Assembly (NCBI GenBank): GCA_965208765.1
Contig: OZ242354.1
Coordinates: 2,921,281-2,985,280 of the forward strand
Direction: 5' to 3'
DNA: 64,000 nt
Source of the DNA: Candidatus Poribacteria bacterium
GTDB lineage: Bacteria; Poribacteria; WGA-4E; JAJDTR01
In this document: piece by piece, positions 9,233 through 19,637 of the stretch
How positions within the stretch are numbered: position 1 is the first letter of the stretch
Layout of the letters: every line of letters begins with the position of its first letter
Position numbers and translations under genes: made by a program
Notes under the pieces: model-generated
What the model saw: the letters and a program-made list of their open reading frames with translations, nothing else
Database searches by the model: none
What the model was told of the DNA's origin: nothing

Positions 9233-9567
9233 TTTTGAGCCTCCTTGTAAGCCTGCCAATAGACTTTTGCGCGTTGGATGTCTCTGGTTTGCGAGGATTT
9301 TTCCCCACCGCAGAGCAGCAACACCATGGTATTATCTACCTCTCCAAAATAGATACGATAGCCTGGGCCAAACTGAAATCGGAGTTCAAACACTCCATTA
9401 CCTACAGGACGGTAATCGCCCAAATTACCGGACTCAAGGCGGTCTAGCCGGGCTTGAATTCTATTTAGTATCTTTAAGTCACGGACTGACTCAAACCAAT
9501 CGGTAAAAGGTTCCCTACCATTTTGGTCACGGTAAATTTGAATTTCTCTAGGACGTACATCAAGCAT
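9229..9567 (-). CDS. Addiction-module killer protein (RelE/HigB-like, TIGR02683-type)
   Basis: FTDWFESVRDLKILNRIQARLDRLESGNLGDYRPVGNGVFELRFQFGPGYRIYF is the canonical killer-protein signature. Confidence 0.75.
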   Translation of the reverse strand: MLDVRPREIQIYRDQNGREPFTDWFESVRDLKILNRIQARLDRLESGNLGDYRPVGNGVFELRFQFGPGYRIYFGEVDNTMVLLLCGGEKSSQTRDIQRAKVYWQAYKEAQK

Positions 9568-9671
9568 GGTGGATAACTCTGTAGTAGATTCAGGCGCTTC
9601 ATTCTGGCCGAGTAGGTTGGGTTTTCCATCTTAAACCTCCTTCATTTCTGTCTAAAGGGAGGTGAGTTCAA

Positions 9672-10856
9672 TCAAACCAGCGGATAATCGTAGAGTCGAT
9701 AGCGCTTGTAGATTTTGGCTCCCATGGTTTCGAGCGCGCGGTTCATGAGATGACTGTCCTCCAAAATCCACGACAACTCTGCACGGCGATAGCCTTTCCT
9801 GACGCTCGCTTGAAAGGCTTCGTAATACAGGAGCGCATCAATGCCCTGCTGGCGGTGCGACTCCTTAACGCCAATGGCTACCATGCGGGCGTCTTTAATC
9901 TTTCGAGCGTGCCAGATGATTTTGAACAGACCGATCGGAAATAGGCGCCCATTGGCATGCCGAAGCGCTTGATTAAAGTCGGGCAGGGCAAGGATGAAGG
10001 CTATCGGTTCGTCCTCGACCTCGGCGAACAGCACGATATCGGGGTCAACAATCTGAATGAGTTCATCCGCTATGCGATCAATCTCCCGATCGGTCATCGG
10101 CACAAAACCCCAATTCCTCTGCCATGCTGAATTGTAGATTTCTCTCATGTGTTCGATTTCTCGATCAATCTGTTTCTTTCTGATGGGACGCACCACAACA
10201 TTTCGCCGCCTCTTGATGCGTTCTACGATTTTGCCCAGCCGTTCCGGGGCGAATGCTTCGTCCGTGACCTCGTAGGCTAACAGGTCCTTTGCTGTCTTGA
10301 ACCCGAATCCCTCAACGAGATCGGCGTAATACGGTAAATTGTACGACATCATTATCGCCGGTGAGAAGTCGAATCCGTCAATGAGCAAGCCGCACTCGCC
10401 ATTGGTCGAGTAGCTCGTTGGACCGCGCATCACGTTGAGATACCGGCTCTTTAGCCAATCGGCAGCCGTGGTAAACAGTGCGTCCGCCACGCGTTGATCT
10501 TGAATACACTCAAAGAATCCGAAGAACCCTGCACGTTCGTCATGGAAGATGATATGGTTCTCGTTTTTGATTGCCGCTATTCGTCCGACGACAACCCCAT
10601 TCTGTCGAGCAAGGAAAAACTCCACTTCCGCGTAATCGAAAACCGGGCAAATCGATCGGCTAAACCGTTCCTTGAGTTGGCCGCGCAACTGCGGCACCCA
10701 CTGTGCACAGTTGCGATAAATCTGCGAAGGCAACTCTATGAAGGACTTCAGATCTGATGGAGTCTGGACGGGTTTCACATCAACTTGCATAGGGAAGGGC
10801 ACCGTTGGACTTGCGCACTTGGATTGCAAAAAGGCCTTCGCGGTGTAATAGTGCAA
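9672..10856 (-). CDS. GNAT-like acyl-CoA N-acyltransferase (about 390 aa, BioF2/FemAB-like architecture)
   Basis: The C-terminal half has a GNAT fold pattern (VAIGVKESHRQQGIDALLYYEAF...RAELSWILEDSHLMNRALETMGA). The N-terminal half has no recognisable family. Confidence 0.45.
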   Translation of the reverse strand: MHYYTAKAFLQSKCASPTVPFPMQVDVKPVQTPSDLKSFIELPSQIYRNCAQWVPQLRGQLKERFSRSICPVFDYAEVEFFLARQNGVVVGRIAAIKNENHIIFHDERAGFFGFFECIQDQRVADALFTTAADWLKSRYLNVMRGPTSYSTNGECGLLIDGFDFSPAIMMSYNLPYYADLVEGFGFKTAKDLLAYEVTDEAFAPERLGKIVERIKRRRNVVVRPIRKKQIDREIEHMREIYNSAWQRNWGFVPMTDREIDRIADELIQIVDPDIVLFAEVEDEPIAFILALPDFNQALRHANGRLFPIGLFKIIWHARKIKDARMVAIGVKESHRQQGIDALLYYEAFQASVRKGYRRAELSWILEDSHLMNRALETMGAKIYKRYRLYDYPLV

Positions 10857-11431
10857 TTAATCCCACGTCTTCGCGGGTTTGACCGACTATTATTCTAACG
10901 GATTATGTCCGATGTTTACAATGGGAAATGAATTTGAGGGGAGGGTACCGTTGGAAACAGTGATTGTTGAAGGAATTTTGTCGTACTGGGAGTTTTATTG
11001 CACGGGATTTTCTATCGCTGTCGCCATCCACTACCTTGATTGCCGTTGGCGATTTCAAAAGCTGGTGGGCAATGCCCACCCTACGGGAAATTGTGCAAAA
11101 AAAGTGGGAGTTGGGCTAGGATTGACCTTCCGACAGAATTTCTTTGTCTGCACTGTGTTCAGACACAACCTCTCCTTTGCACAGGACATTAAAATGGCGG
11201 GCATCAGAATGCGCCGAAGAAAACGGGCGAGTGACAAGCGCCATGTTGTATGATGGAGGACGGATGTCTCTGGATGAGATCGGATAGAGCGGTTGCTTCG
11301 AGAAAAGCAGGATGTGCTTTCCGTCCGAGATCGTGGTGACTATCAGTTGACTTACAATAGAGCCCAACTCGGCGGCGTCGACACAATCTTGGAGTCGTAA
11401 AATGCCGCGAGTTGGGAACTCAGGTAATGCG

Positions 11432-13639
11432 TTACTGCTCGAAGATTGATTCGTCCACTTCGGCGTTGATGGTAACTTTGCTAAGGGTCACCTCGGCAGC
11501 TTTCTCGCCATTGTCAATCGAGATGATAGAAAAAGCAATCTTCACTCCCGAGATGTCTCGGTGATCGCTGTAGAATTCCTCACGCTGCACGGGCCCGCCT
11601 TGTTGACCCAAAGCCTGAAACTCCTTCTTAACGATGTGTTTTGACTCCTGATCGATGAAGAGCTTAATTGAGCCCGCGGGTGTATTGCTGACCAAAATGA
11701 CATCAGCCATTTTCCCGTTTACATCCTCTTCGCCGAGATGTTGGACGGTCGCCTCATCACCGGAAACATAGGTAAGCAAAGGAGGATTCAGTCGAAAAAT
11801 CTCATTCCTGCCTTCCTGGGCGAAGACTTCCGGCATCGTTTGTGAGCCTTGGGGACTCGCCATCCACGCCGATTCCGCGCCGAGCACTCGGCTCATTGTC
11901 ATGCCCATCGCTTGGATTGTCAGATCGTATCGTGCTTTGCTAGGCAGCGCGACGGTAACTTTGCCTTCCATCGTCATCTCTCCAGCAGGCGTATTCATGT
12001 TTATTTTTCCCTTCGACACGAGAGTCTTCACTTGCTTCAGATTTTCCAACCCGCCGTGCGCGTCAACCGCAGCGGCAAGAATCTCCCTCGCTTTGGCGAC
12101 ATCTCCCTCGCCCGCCTCGGGCACGGGCTCCGGTGACGGAGTCGGAATGGTAATATCAATTTCGGTTACTTCGCCCAAGGAATCAAGAGGCTTATCGAAG
12201 TCGCTCGCCTTGCCCACCGCCAAGATGGTGAATTGGTCGGGATGCATATATTTGGCAACAACCCTTTGTACATCGGATTTTGTGACGTTCCGAATCCCCG
12301 CCATCAATTGCTCGACAAAGTCTTGAGGATAGTCATAATAAGCATATCTGAGAGCCCGCGAAAGGATTTCGCCCTTCGAGTCGTAGTCAAACACGGACGA
12401 ATTCATGAATCCATCGATTGCTTGTTTTAACTCCTCGTCCGACACCTCTTCGGCGCGCATCCGTTCGACTTCTGCCAGAATCGCCTCGCTAGCTGTGACC
12501 GTGCTCTCCGATTTAGTCGCGCAGGCAATCAGAAAAACGCCAGGGACATCGTAACCGGCACCGTAATTGTTACCTACGGAATATGCCAGTCCCTTTTCAA
12601 CTCTGATGCTGTTCACCAATCGGCTGCTGAAACCGATGCCCAAGATTTGGCACCCTACGACCAAGGCGGGGTAGTCCTCATTGCTGCGCAGCCATCCGAC
12701 GTGCCCCATCCTGATGTTCGTCTGATTCACGTCGTCTTTCGTTACCAAACCCACCCTTCTCGCCATGTCCTTGGGTACTTTGGGTTTTTCGGGAAGGTCA
12801 ATCTCCGCAGGCTGCCATCCTGTGAAAGCGCCCCTAATTTTGCCGAGTATATCCTCGGAGTTGAAGTCCCCAAGCACGCCCAAGATGGTGTTGTTCGGTC
12901 GAAAATATTTCGCGTGGAAAGCCACAAGGTCATCCCGCGTGATGCTATTGATGGTGTCGTATTCCGTTGTGCGGGCATAGGGACTGTCCGCGCCGTGGAT
13001 TAGCTTCCGAAATTCTCTCGACGTGATGCTGCGTGCGCTATCGTTACGCCGGGCAATAGAGCTGCGATGTTGAACCTTTTCCAACTCGATTTTGTCCTCC
13101 CGAAACGCAGGATTCATGAGCACGTCCGCGAGGATAGCGAGACCGGTGTCGAGGTCCTCCTTCAGCACGGACATTGATGCCGTTCCGGCATCACCGCCTA
13201 TCCCAACCTCGACTGAGGCGGCGAGATTCTCCAGGATTTCATCAAGCTCGTCTCCGGTTTTGCTGATGGTTCCGCCCGTACGCATCACAGCGCCGGTGAT
13301 GGCGGCTAACCCGATTTTGTCTTCAGGTTCGTAGATCGCTCCGGTGCGAATCTGCACCGAGATGTCAACAATCGGCAATTCATGGTCTTCCAACAGATAA
13401 ATAATCATGCCGTTGTCCAGTTCGACCCGCCGGGGCACAGGCGGTTGCGGTTGGTTCAGAGGAGGATAGACAAGCCCTTCGTGAGGTTTTTTATAAAGCG
13501 TGTCTGTCTCTTGAATCGTTGGTACACTTCGTGTATCTTCAGCAATCCCCAAATTCGATGGTTCAAGCGGTACATCGCCCCACGCAGCGAAAACGAAAAC
13601 GCAACTCCAGATTATCACACAGCACGAGAAATTCCTCAT
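11432..13639 (-). CDS. M16-family peptidase, probably the non-catalytic subunit, with a C-terminal extension
   Basis: M16 fold with no HxxEH motif, 735 aa with a signal peptide. It overlaps the upstream M16 gene by 4 nt. Confidence 0.7.
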   Translation of the reverse strand: MRNFSCCVIIWSCVFVFAAWGDVPLEPSNLGIAEDTRSVPTIQETDTLYKKPHEGLVYPPLNQPQPPVPRRVELDNGMIIYLLEDHELPIVDISVQIRTGAIYEPEDKIGLAAITGAVMRTGGTISKTGDELDEILENLAASVEVGIGGDAGTASMSVLKEDLDTGLAILADVLMNPAFREDKIELEKVQHRSSIARRNDSARSITSREFRKLIHGADSPYARTTEYDTINSITRDDLVAFHAKYFRPNNTILGVLGDFNSEDILGKIRGAFTGWQPAEIDLPEKPKVPKDMARRVGLVTKDDVNQTNIRMGHVGWLRSNEDYPALVVGCQILGIGFSSRLVNSIRVEKGLAYSVGNNYGAGYDVPGVFLIACATKSESTVTASEAILAEVERMRAEEVSDEELKQAIDGFMNSSVFDYDSKGEILSRALRYAYYDYPQDFVEQLMAGIRNVTKSDVQRVVAKYMHPDQFTILAVGKASDFDKPLDSLGEVTEIDITIPTPSPEPVPEAGEGDVAKAREILAAAVDAHGGLENLKQVKTLVSKGKINMNTPAGEMTMEGKVTVALPSKARYDLTIQAMGMTMSRVLGAESAWMASPQGSQTMPEVFAQEGRNEIFRLNPPLLTYVSGDEATVQHLGEEDVNGKMADVILVSNTPAGSIKLFIDQESKHIVKKEFQALGQQGGPVQREEFYSDHRDISGVKIAFSIISIDNGEKAAEVTLSKVTINAEVDESIFEQ

Positions 13640-15189
13640 TCACCCGCCTCCGTTTCTTCTTTCGATGCTTCTTCGGTAACAATTTCCGCGACAGAACGAT
13701 TGTTATCCGCGAAATATTCGTTCGCTACACGTTTGATATCTTCCGCGGTTATCTTTTCGATGTGTTCCAATAGGTTGAAAATCTCACGCCAGTCACCTCG
13801 GATAAATTCGCTGGTACACAACGCCGCGGCTAAGCCTTGGTTGGAGCGCAACGATCGGATAAAACCGGCTTTCGCGTTCCTCTGGACTTTCTTCAACTCA
13901 TCCTCTGTCACAAGTTCGGTCTTGAGATTCTCAATCTCAGCCATAATCATCTCTTCATTCTTCTCGTTTGAATGCCCTTGCGCCGGGAATGAGTAAACAA
14001 CGAAAAGGTTGGCGTATTTGTCACCCGGATACCCCGGAAACGCGCCGACAGAGATTGAGGCTTTCTCGTCGCGAATCAGTTTCTTGTGAAAACGTGACGT
14101 GCGTCCGGAGGACAGAATGTCCGCAATTGCTCCCAGTACGACAAAATCGGGATGCCTGATGGATGGAACATGGTAAGCGCAGATGAAAATGGGTTGCGAT
14201 TGCTCCGTGAGTTTGACATGCCGCGTACCCAACTGTTTCGGCTCGATGGTTTCGACAAGTGGCGGGTTGGCGCGGGACGGAATTTTGCCGAAGTATTCTT
14301 CCGCCATTTGGATGACTTGGTCTGTTTGGACATCACCTACGATTGCCGCCACCATATTGCTGGGCGCGTAAAACTGCTCGAAGAACGCAAGCGCCTCGGC
14401 ACGCGTGGTCGTGTTGATGTCGGACATGTGACCGATGATCGGACGACCGTACGGATGCGCGAGAAAAGCCAACCCGTTCATTTCTTCTAACAGCCTGCCA
14501 ATGGGGCTACTGCCCACGCGCCCTCGGCGCTCCTCTTTGATGACATCTTTCTCTTTGAAAAATTCCCTCATCACCGGGTCGAGAAACCTCGACGATTCAA
14601 GCGCCATCCAGAGTTCGAGCCGATTTGACGGAAGGCTGTAAAAGTATTCGGTGGAATCTGCGGAGGTGGTTGCGTTGATACCGACAGCCCCTTCCTGTTC
14701 CAGAAGTTTCGAATATTCCTCACCATCGGAATACTGGGATACTTTCTCTTGAAGGGCGTCAAACTCCGCCTGTAACTGTTTCACTCTTTCGGGGTCGGCG
14801 TGATCGGCTTTTACCCACTCGCTCCTGAGTTGGTCGTACACGCCGTCCATCTCATCCATGACGGCTTTCTCTTTTTGGTAATTTTTTGTTCCGAGCGTCG
14901 TCGTTCCTTTGAACGCCATGTGCTCGAAAACGTGGGCGATTCCGGTGTTCCCCACGGGTTCGTCAACGCCGCCGACATTAACGTAGATGTATCCCGAAAA
15001 CACGGGCGCATCGTGCCGCTCGAGGATAATGAACTTCATTCCGTTGGACAACACGTGCTCTTGCACCTGCGCTTCGATGTCTTCGAAGCCCGCGGCGTAT
15101 AGCGCCGCCGCGTATAAGGTCAGCAGCATACAAGCAATTGGTTTGAGTATTTTCATTGTATTTGTTCCGGTGGTTATCAGTTGTCGCAT
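13636..15189 (-). CDS. M16-family zinc peptidase (pitrilysin/PqqL-like), catalytic
   Basis: HVFEHMAFKGT is the inverted zinc-binding HxxEH motif. It has a signal peptide and is 517 aa. Confidence 0.85.
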   Translation of the reverse strand: MRQLITTGTNTMKILKPIACMLLTLYAAALYAAGFEDIEAQVQEHVLSNGMKFIILERHDAPVFSGYIYVNVGGVDEPVGNTGIAHVFEHMAFKGTTTLGTKNYQKEKAVMDEMDGVYDQLRSEWVKADHADPERVKQLQAEFDALQEKVSQYSDGEEYSKLLEQEGAVGINATTSADSTEYFYSLPSNRLELWMALESSRFLDPVMREFFKEKDVIKEERRGRVGSSPIGRLLEEMNGLAFLAHPYGRPIIGHMSDINTTTRAEALAFFEQFYAPSNMVAAIVGDVQTDQVIQMAEEYFGKIPSRANPPLVETIEPKQLGTRHVKLTEQSQPIFICAYHVPSIRHPDFVVLGAIADILSSGRTSRFHKKLIRDEKASISVGAFPGYPGDKYANLFVVYSFPAQGHSNEKNEEMIMAEIENLKTELVTEDELKKVQRNAKAGFIRSLRSNQGLAAALCTSEFIRGDWREIFNLLEHIEKITAEDIKRVANEYFADNNRSVAEIVTEEASKEETEAGE

Positions 15190-15404
15190 CCATATCTCCT
15201 TAGGGAGTGAAAACCTGCCAGTTTCAAGATTAAGCGACTGAAAAAGATGTACTGCGTGAATAACGAAGGATCAACCTACTGAAAAGGGAGGGCGATAGCT
15301 AATCCCATGGAGATCTTCGCGCAATAGAATTCTCTGTTCGAACCGCGATTCCAATTCCCGCCATTGATGTTCCGTAATTATAGGACGAAGGAATGACTAG
15401 CACC

Positions 15405-15659
15405 CTACTCCTTGAGTTCCTCAAGCATACCAACGACGGCAAAACGAATATGTGAGGACAGCGCCGAATTTTCCGCGCGCAGGTCCGCTCCCTCTTCATC
15501 CGGGTACATCACATGAGACGCCACCGCTCTTTTGACCCATCTTTCTGCCCGGTCATCATAAGGAATGTATTTTTCCTTGGGTGCGGCGCATGCGGGGCAT
15601 TCCTCGGGCGGTTCCTGCGCATCCGTCCACAAATAGCCGCAAGCTGTGCAAACGAACAT
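15405..15659 (-). CDS. Rubredoxin-like zinc-ribbon protein
   Basis: N-terminal CTACGY...EECPAC Cys4 knuckles. The remaining 50 aa are uncharacterised. Confidence 0.45.
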   Translation of the reverse strand: MFVCTACGYLWTDAQEPPEECPACAAPKEKYIPYDDRAERWVKRAVASHVMYPDEEGADLRAENSALSSHIRFAVVGMLEELKE

Positions 15660-15879
15660 GGTTTATTCTCCTTGTTTTGTGTGCCAAAAATTGGTAAGAA
15701 TTGGCACGGTATAAGACTTGGAAAACGTTGCGGAGTTTAGCATAGGCAAAGGGTAATTGCAAGGAAGAAATGGGGTGATTGTGGGACGTTACAACCGAAA
15801 TCCGAGAACGAAGAGCAAGAGTTGATTTGGTTTGTGTTCTCGCGGTTTGGGATGGATTGCGCTTCTATATACTTACGGT

Positions 15880-15990
15880 CGCGATTCGGAGAAGATTCCT
15901 ATCGCATGGGGAGCTCTATCGCAGGATTTACTATCGCGCGCTATTAAGATCTCTATCGCCCTCACTGTCCGTTCGGTTGATCTATCCGCT
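15880..15990 (-). repeat. MITE-like dispersed repeat copy (reverse orientation)
   Basis: CAGGATTTACTATCGCGCGCTATTAAGATCTCTATCGCCCTCACTGTCCGTTCGGTTGATC. Confidence 0.55.
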
Positions 15991-17625
15991 CAATTGATCT
16001 CCTATCGGATTGGGATTTGCGAACTCCAGACGTATCAATGTGCCAACTCCTTCCTCACTCGTCACGGAGATCTTGCCGCCGTGATCGGTGACGATTCGCT
16101 GCACAATCGCCATTCCCAAACCGGTTCCGGTTTCCTTTGTCGTGTAGTACGGGGTGAAGATTTTCTCCCGCGTTTCCGGCGACATACCGTTACCGGTGTC
16201 CTGAACCTCCACCGCGACCCTGCCCGTACCAATTGGCTGGGTTGAGATTCGCAACGTTCCGCCGTCCGGCATGGCTTCAACGGCGTTCTTGATCAGATTC
16301 TGCAGGACTTGGGCAATCTGTTCCGGGTCGATGGAGATGCGAGGCAAATCGGAGTTGAGGTCGGTCTCGATCTGAATTTGCGATAGCGATTGGGAGTATA
16401 GATTCAATGTCTGTTCGGCGATTTGATTGAGGTTGGAGGGCTTTCGGTCGGGAAGAGGCATCCGAGCGAATTGATGGAATTCGTCCACCATCCGCTGGAG
16501 CCGGTCGACCTCTTCGATGATGGTCTGGGTGCATTCGTCACAGATGCTGTCGAAGATTTCGGGCTGAGAGCGCGCTTTCTGAAGGTTTTCGACGGAGACA
16601 CGAATGGGAAACAGAGGGTTCTTGATTTCGTGGGCAATCTGGCGTGCTACATCCCGCCAAGCGGCGACGCGCTCGGCACTGATTCGCCGCTCCAAGTTGG
16701 TTTTGAGATCCGCCGCCATCCGGTTGACGCCCTGCGTGAGCTTCCCAATTTCGTCTCGGGTGTGCACATCAAGTTGGTGATCGAGTTCCCCGGAGGCGAT
16801 TCGGCTCACGCCTTCCGTGAGTTGATGAATCGGTTTGGTCATCCTGAGCCCGATTAGGTAGCTGACAATATAAGCGAACAGCAGTCCAACCGCCGCCACG
16901 ACAAAAAGAATCAGCGTCAACTGGCGCTGCAACCTAATCTCGTTTTCGTGGGAATACGCGATAATCAATTCGACGGGTGAACTTGACGACAATGTCGGCA
17001 GCGCGACCGGAATAACACTGTGCGGCATGTCATAAATTTTGATCATTGAGAACCTGCCGGTTTTGCCTGTGCCGGCAGCCTGAAGTAGCCTGCCTCTCTC
17101 GACTGGAACGGAACCTTCCGCTTGATTTAGAGGGATTAACTCATTCGCTTCACGAAGATAGACTGTATGACGTGATTGGTTTCTCAGCGCGCGGTGAAGT
17201 CGATCGCGCAGGAAATATCCACCCGTCACAAATCCCAAGAGCCGCTCGCCCGCCTTGATTGGCAGCGTGACCTCGATTGCCGATTCGGAGGAACTGACCG
17301 CGGCACGGCGCGAGTTTCTGAGCCTAATCGCGGATTTTGGGGCTCTTCCCTTCGCTCGCCCCAATGCCTCCTTATCGACCTCACCGCGCCGTAAGCCCAC
17401 ATCCAATCGACTGGCGATGATTTTCCCGTCCTCGTCCCCGTACTCCAGAATCTGGAGTGCTGTGTCTCGAATCGTGGTCGGCCGAGTTTCTTGGTTTCTG
17501 ATGGCGCGGACGACATCCGGGTCGGTTCTTTCGGTCTCGACCTTCTCCTCAATATCTGTGACAAGATGATTGTGCGTCTCCGAGATGCGCGTTCTGAATT
17601 CTGCTGCTTCCTCACGAATTTGCAC
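15982..17625 (-). CDS. Sensor histidine kinase (NtrY-like: TM, periplasmic region, TM, HAMP, HisKA, HATPase_c)
   Basis: H-box HEIKNPL, N-box LIKNAVEAM, G-boxes DTGNGM and GTGLGM. An N-terminal TM helix (LTYTSLFFVTIGGIFAIASYF) continues upstream of the annotated GTG to about 17733 with no canonical start codon. Confidence 0.8.
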   Translation of the reverse strand: MQIREEAAEFRTRISETHNHLVTDIEEKVETERTDPDVVRAIRNQETRPTTIRDTALQILEYGDEDGKIIASRLDVGLRRGEVDKEALGRAKGRAPKSAIRLRNSRRAAVSSSESAIEVTLPIKAGERLLGFVTGGYFLRDRLHRALRNQSRHTVYLREANELIPLNQAEGSVPVERGRLLQAAGTGKTGRFSMIKIYDMPHSVIPVALPTLSSSSPVELIIAYSHENEIRLQRQLTLILFVVAAVGLLFAYIVSYLIGLRMTKPIHQLTEGVSRIASGELDHQLDVHTRDEIGKLTQGVNRMAADLKTNLERRISAERVAAWRDVARQIAHEIKNPLFPIRVSVENLQKARSQPEIFDSICDECTQTIIEEVDRLQRMVDEFHQFARMPLPDRKPSNLNQIAEQTLNLYSQSLSQIQIETDLNSDLPRISIDPEQIAQVLQNLIKNAVEAMPDGGTLRISTQPIGTGRVAVEVQDTGNGMSPETREKIFTPYYTTKETGTGLGMAIVQRIVTDHGGKISVTSEEGVGTLIRLEFANPNPIGDQLSG

Positions 17626-18062
17626 ATCAAACGCGTTGCGAATAAAATAGCTCGCAATCGCGAATATACCGCCGATGGTGACGAAGAAGAGTGAGGTGTA
17701 CGTGAGGAAGATTTTGTGATGGAGTTTGATAGTCTAGAGGTCCTTTTTTGCCGGTTTGAAACTCTAAGCGCGACTTGAAAAACGCGGTTCAGTATCCTTA
17801 GAAAATTTCATACATTTCATAATTTTCATAACAAACGCGGTTTTTCGGTAGAGGCGGAGAAAGGGCGATAACTCTTACTATCACTGGATTCCGCGCCGTT
17901 TTGCGGTTCACGTCAAGTTTTCACAGTTATGAAATTTTGGTATTAAGTGCCGACGGAATTTTGGACCACACACACGCAACGGTGAGACAAGAGTTGTCAT
18001 TTGAATCCTTGCCAGGACACCGCATAGAGATCCGATGAAAAAACAAACCAGTGGGTGCTGCG

Positions 18063-18332
18063 TTATTCTTGCGAGGGCGGGTCCGGAGGTTTCTGCCGGT
18101 CAACGAGCACGATGACTGCCAAAAGGAGTACCAGCAAGATCACGATGATACCGGTGTATACGACCTTGCACCACATCTCGAGCGCCAAGTTGCCGAGGAA
18201 ACCGGCAACCGCCCCAACTCCGATTGTGATGAGGAGGAAGCGCCCTCTAAAATGCTTTGCGGATTTAACGATCAGTATCAGAGACACAATCAGTAGTAGA
18301 AAAATAAGCGTGAGGAGAATTGTGTCAATCAT
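18063..18332 (-). CDS. Small hypothetical membrane protein with two TM segments
   Basis: 89 aa, highly hydrophobic (LLTLIFLLLIVSLILIV; IVILLVLLLAVIVLV). Confidence 0.35.
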   Translation of the reverse strand: MIDTILLTLIFLLLIVSLILIVKSAKHFRGRFLLITIGVGAVAGFLGNLALEMWCKVVYTGIIVILLVLLLAVIVLVDRQKPPDPPSQE

Positions 18333-18470
18333 GGTTTAAGGCTTTCGTCGGGAAACAAACGCGTATATCGAAACATACCGGATGCGGCACAGCAGCGTAG
18401 ATAATAGATCTAAGGAATTATAGCGTGGCGCGGTGTTTTGCGCAATTGAAATTGGATGCGCAAAAAATTC

Positions 18471-18499
18471 TTGACATGCGTAATGTTAGGTAGTATAAT
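18471..18499 (+). promoter_or_regulatory. Perfect consensus sigma70 promoter: TTGACA, 17-nt spacer, TATAAT
   Basis: TTGACA at 18471-18476, a 17-nt spacer tgcgtaatgttaggtag, and TATAAT at 18494-18499. An AAAGGGGA RBS sits before the ATG at 18577. Confidence 0.6.
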
Positions 18500-18576
18500 T
18501 CAGATTATAGGATATAAGATTCGGTTGGTTGGTTTATACAACTCACTCTACAAACACAAAAAGGGGATTTCTGAAA

Positions 18577-19593
18577 ATGGCAAAAAGCGCCGACGGACGG
18601 AACAGGAAAAAGACCATCGAACTCAGAAACGATCAACTCATCTTCCGATTTCCGGAGGTGCACGAGGAAGCGGAAGTTGCGATTGAATTCCAGCGGACGC
18701 TGCGGATTCCGGACGATAACCGCGAACATTATCTGCCGCCGGGGCTCGGCGAATTTCCGCTCTATCGCGTGGACGACTATCCGGATAACCTGCCGGAAAC
18801 GTGGAGCCAACATGGCGGGGTATTCTTGCCGATGTATCAAGCAGAAGCACTGTGGATTAACTTCCGCGCCGAATATCCGATGGCGGTGAAGATAGCGGCG
18901 GGCAAGATTAACGCGGTGACCGGGGAGGCATGGAGCGAAGGGCTTACTCGAGAACCTCAGGACTACATGGTGGTACCCGGTCAGCCGTGGCTGGACGGGT
19001 TCTGCGTGGAGAAGGGGTTGATTCGGCAGTTCGTGGCGATGCCGCTGGGCGAGGGCTACACGGCGGAGGAGCAGTTGACGGGAGAGGCGGAGCATGGCGG
19101 GATTCAGATTGCCGTCTACCCGATGAAGGTGTCGGTATACGAGGAGAGTTTCGGTTGGGTTGAAAATAGGCTATGTGCGCCGACACAGAAATTGCATAAA
19201 CTGCACGATTCTGAGATGGGTTTAGCACCCGGCGGTCTTATGCGTCAAGAGATATACGAGGACGAACACGGAATCGATGCGTGGGACACGTCGACTTATT
19301 CGCGGTGTTTCGTGCATATTGTAAACAGTGTTCAACTGTTTCACTTGACGGGATGCCGGCCGCCGGGGAAACCTCAGACCGCGCAAGATTACACCGCCGC
19401 TGGTCTCCCTTGGTTTGATTACTACTGGGGCGATTTGAAGGCTTTGGAAGGCGCGAAAGAGTTGGCTGGACTGGACAGTGTTGCCGCTGTTAAACTGAAA
19501 AAAGGGGAGGGTTTCCTCTCGGACAACGATCCGGTGACGCCGGTTGTCGTGAAGAAATTGAACCGGTCAGTGGTGCGCGAGGGTGTTTTCTAG
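18577..19593 (+). CDS. Hypothetical protein encoded in a GC-rich, probably foreign island
   Basis: 339 aa from MAKSADGR, with no family recognised. GC here is visibly higher than in the flanks, and the gene sits directly upstream of a tyrosine recombinase. Confidence 0.55.
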   Translation: MAKSADGRNRKKTIELRNDQLIFRFPEVHEEAEVAIEFQRTLRIPDDNREHYLPPGLGEFPLYRVDDYPDNLPETWSQHGGVFLPMYQAEALWINFRAEYPMAVKIAAGKINAVTGEAWSEGLTREPQDYMVVPGQPWLDGFCVEKGLIRQFVAMPLGEGYTAEEQLTGEAEHGGIQIAVYPMKVSVYEESFGWVENRLCAPTQKLHKLHDSEMGLAPGGLMRQEIYEDEHGIDAWDTSTYSRCFVHIVNSVQLFHLTGCRPPGKPQTAQDYTAAGLPWFDYYWGDLKALEGAKELAGLDSVAAVKLKKGEGFLSDNDPVTPVVVKKLNRSVVREGVF

Positions 19594-19637
19594 TCAATTG
19601 AAAGCGGTGGAATGCTGCCGCGAGTGCAGGGTCTGTC

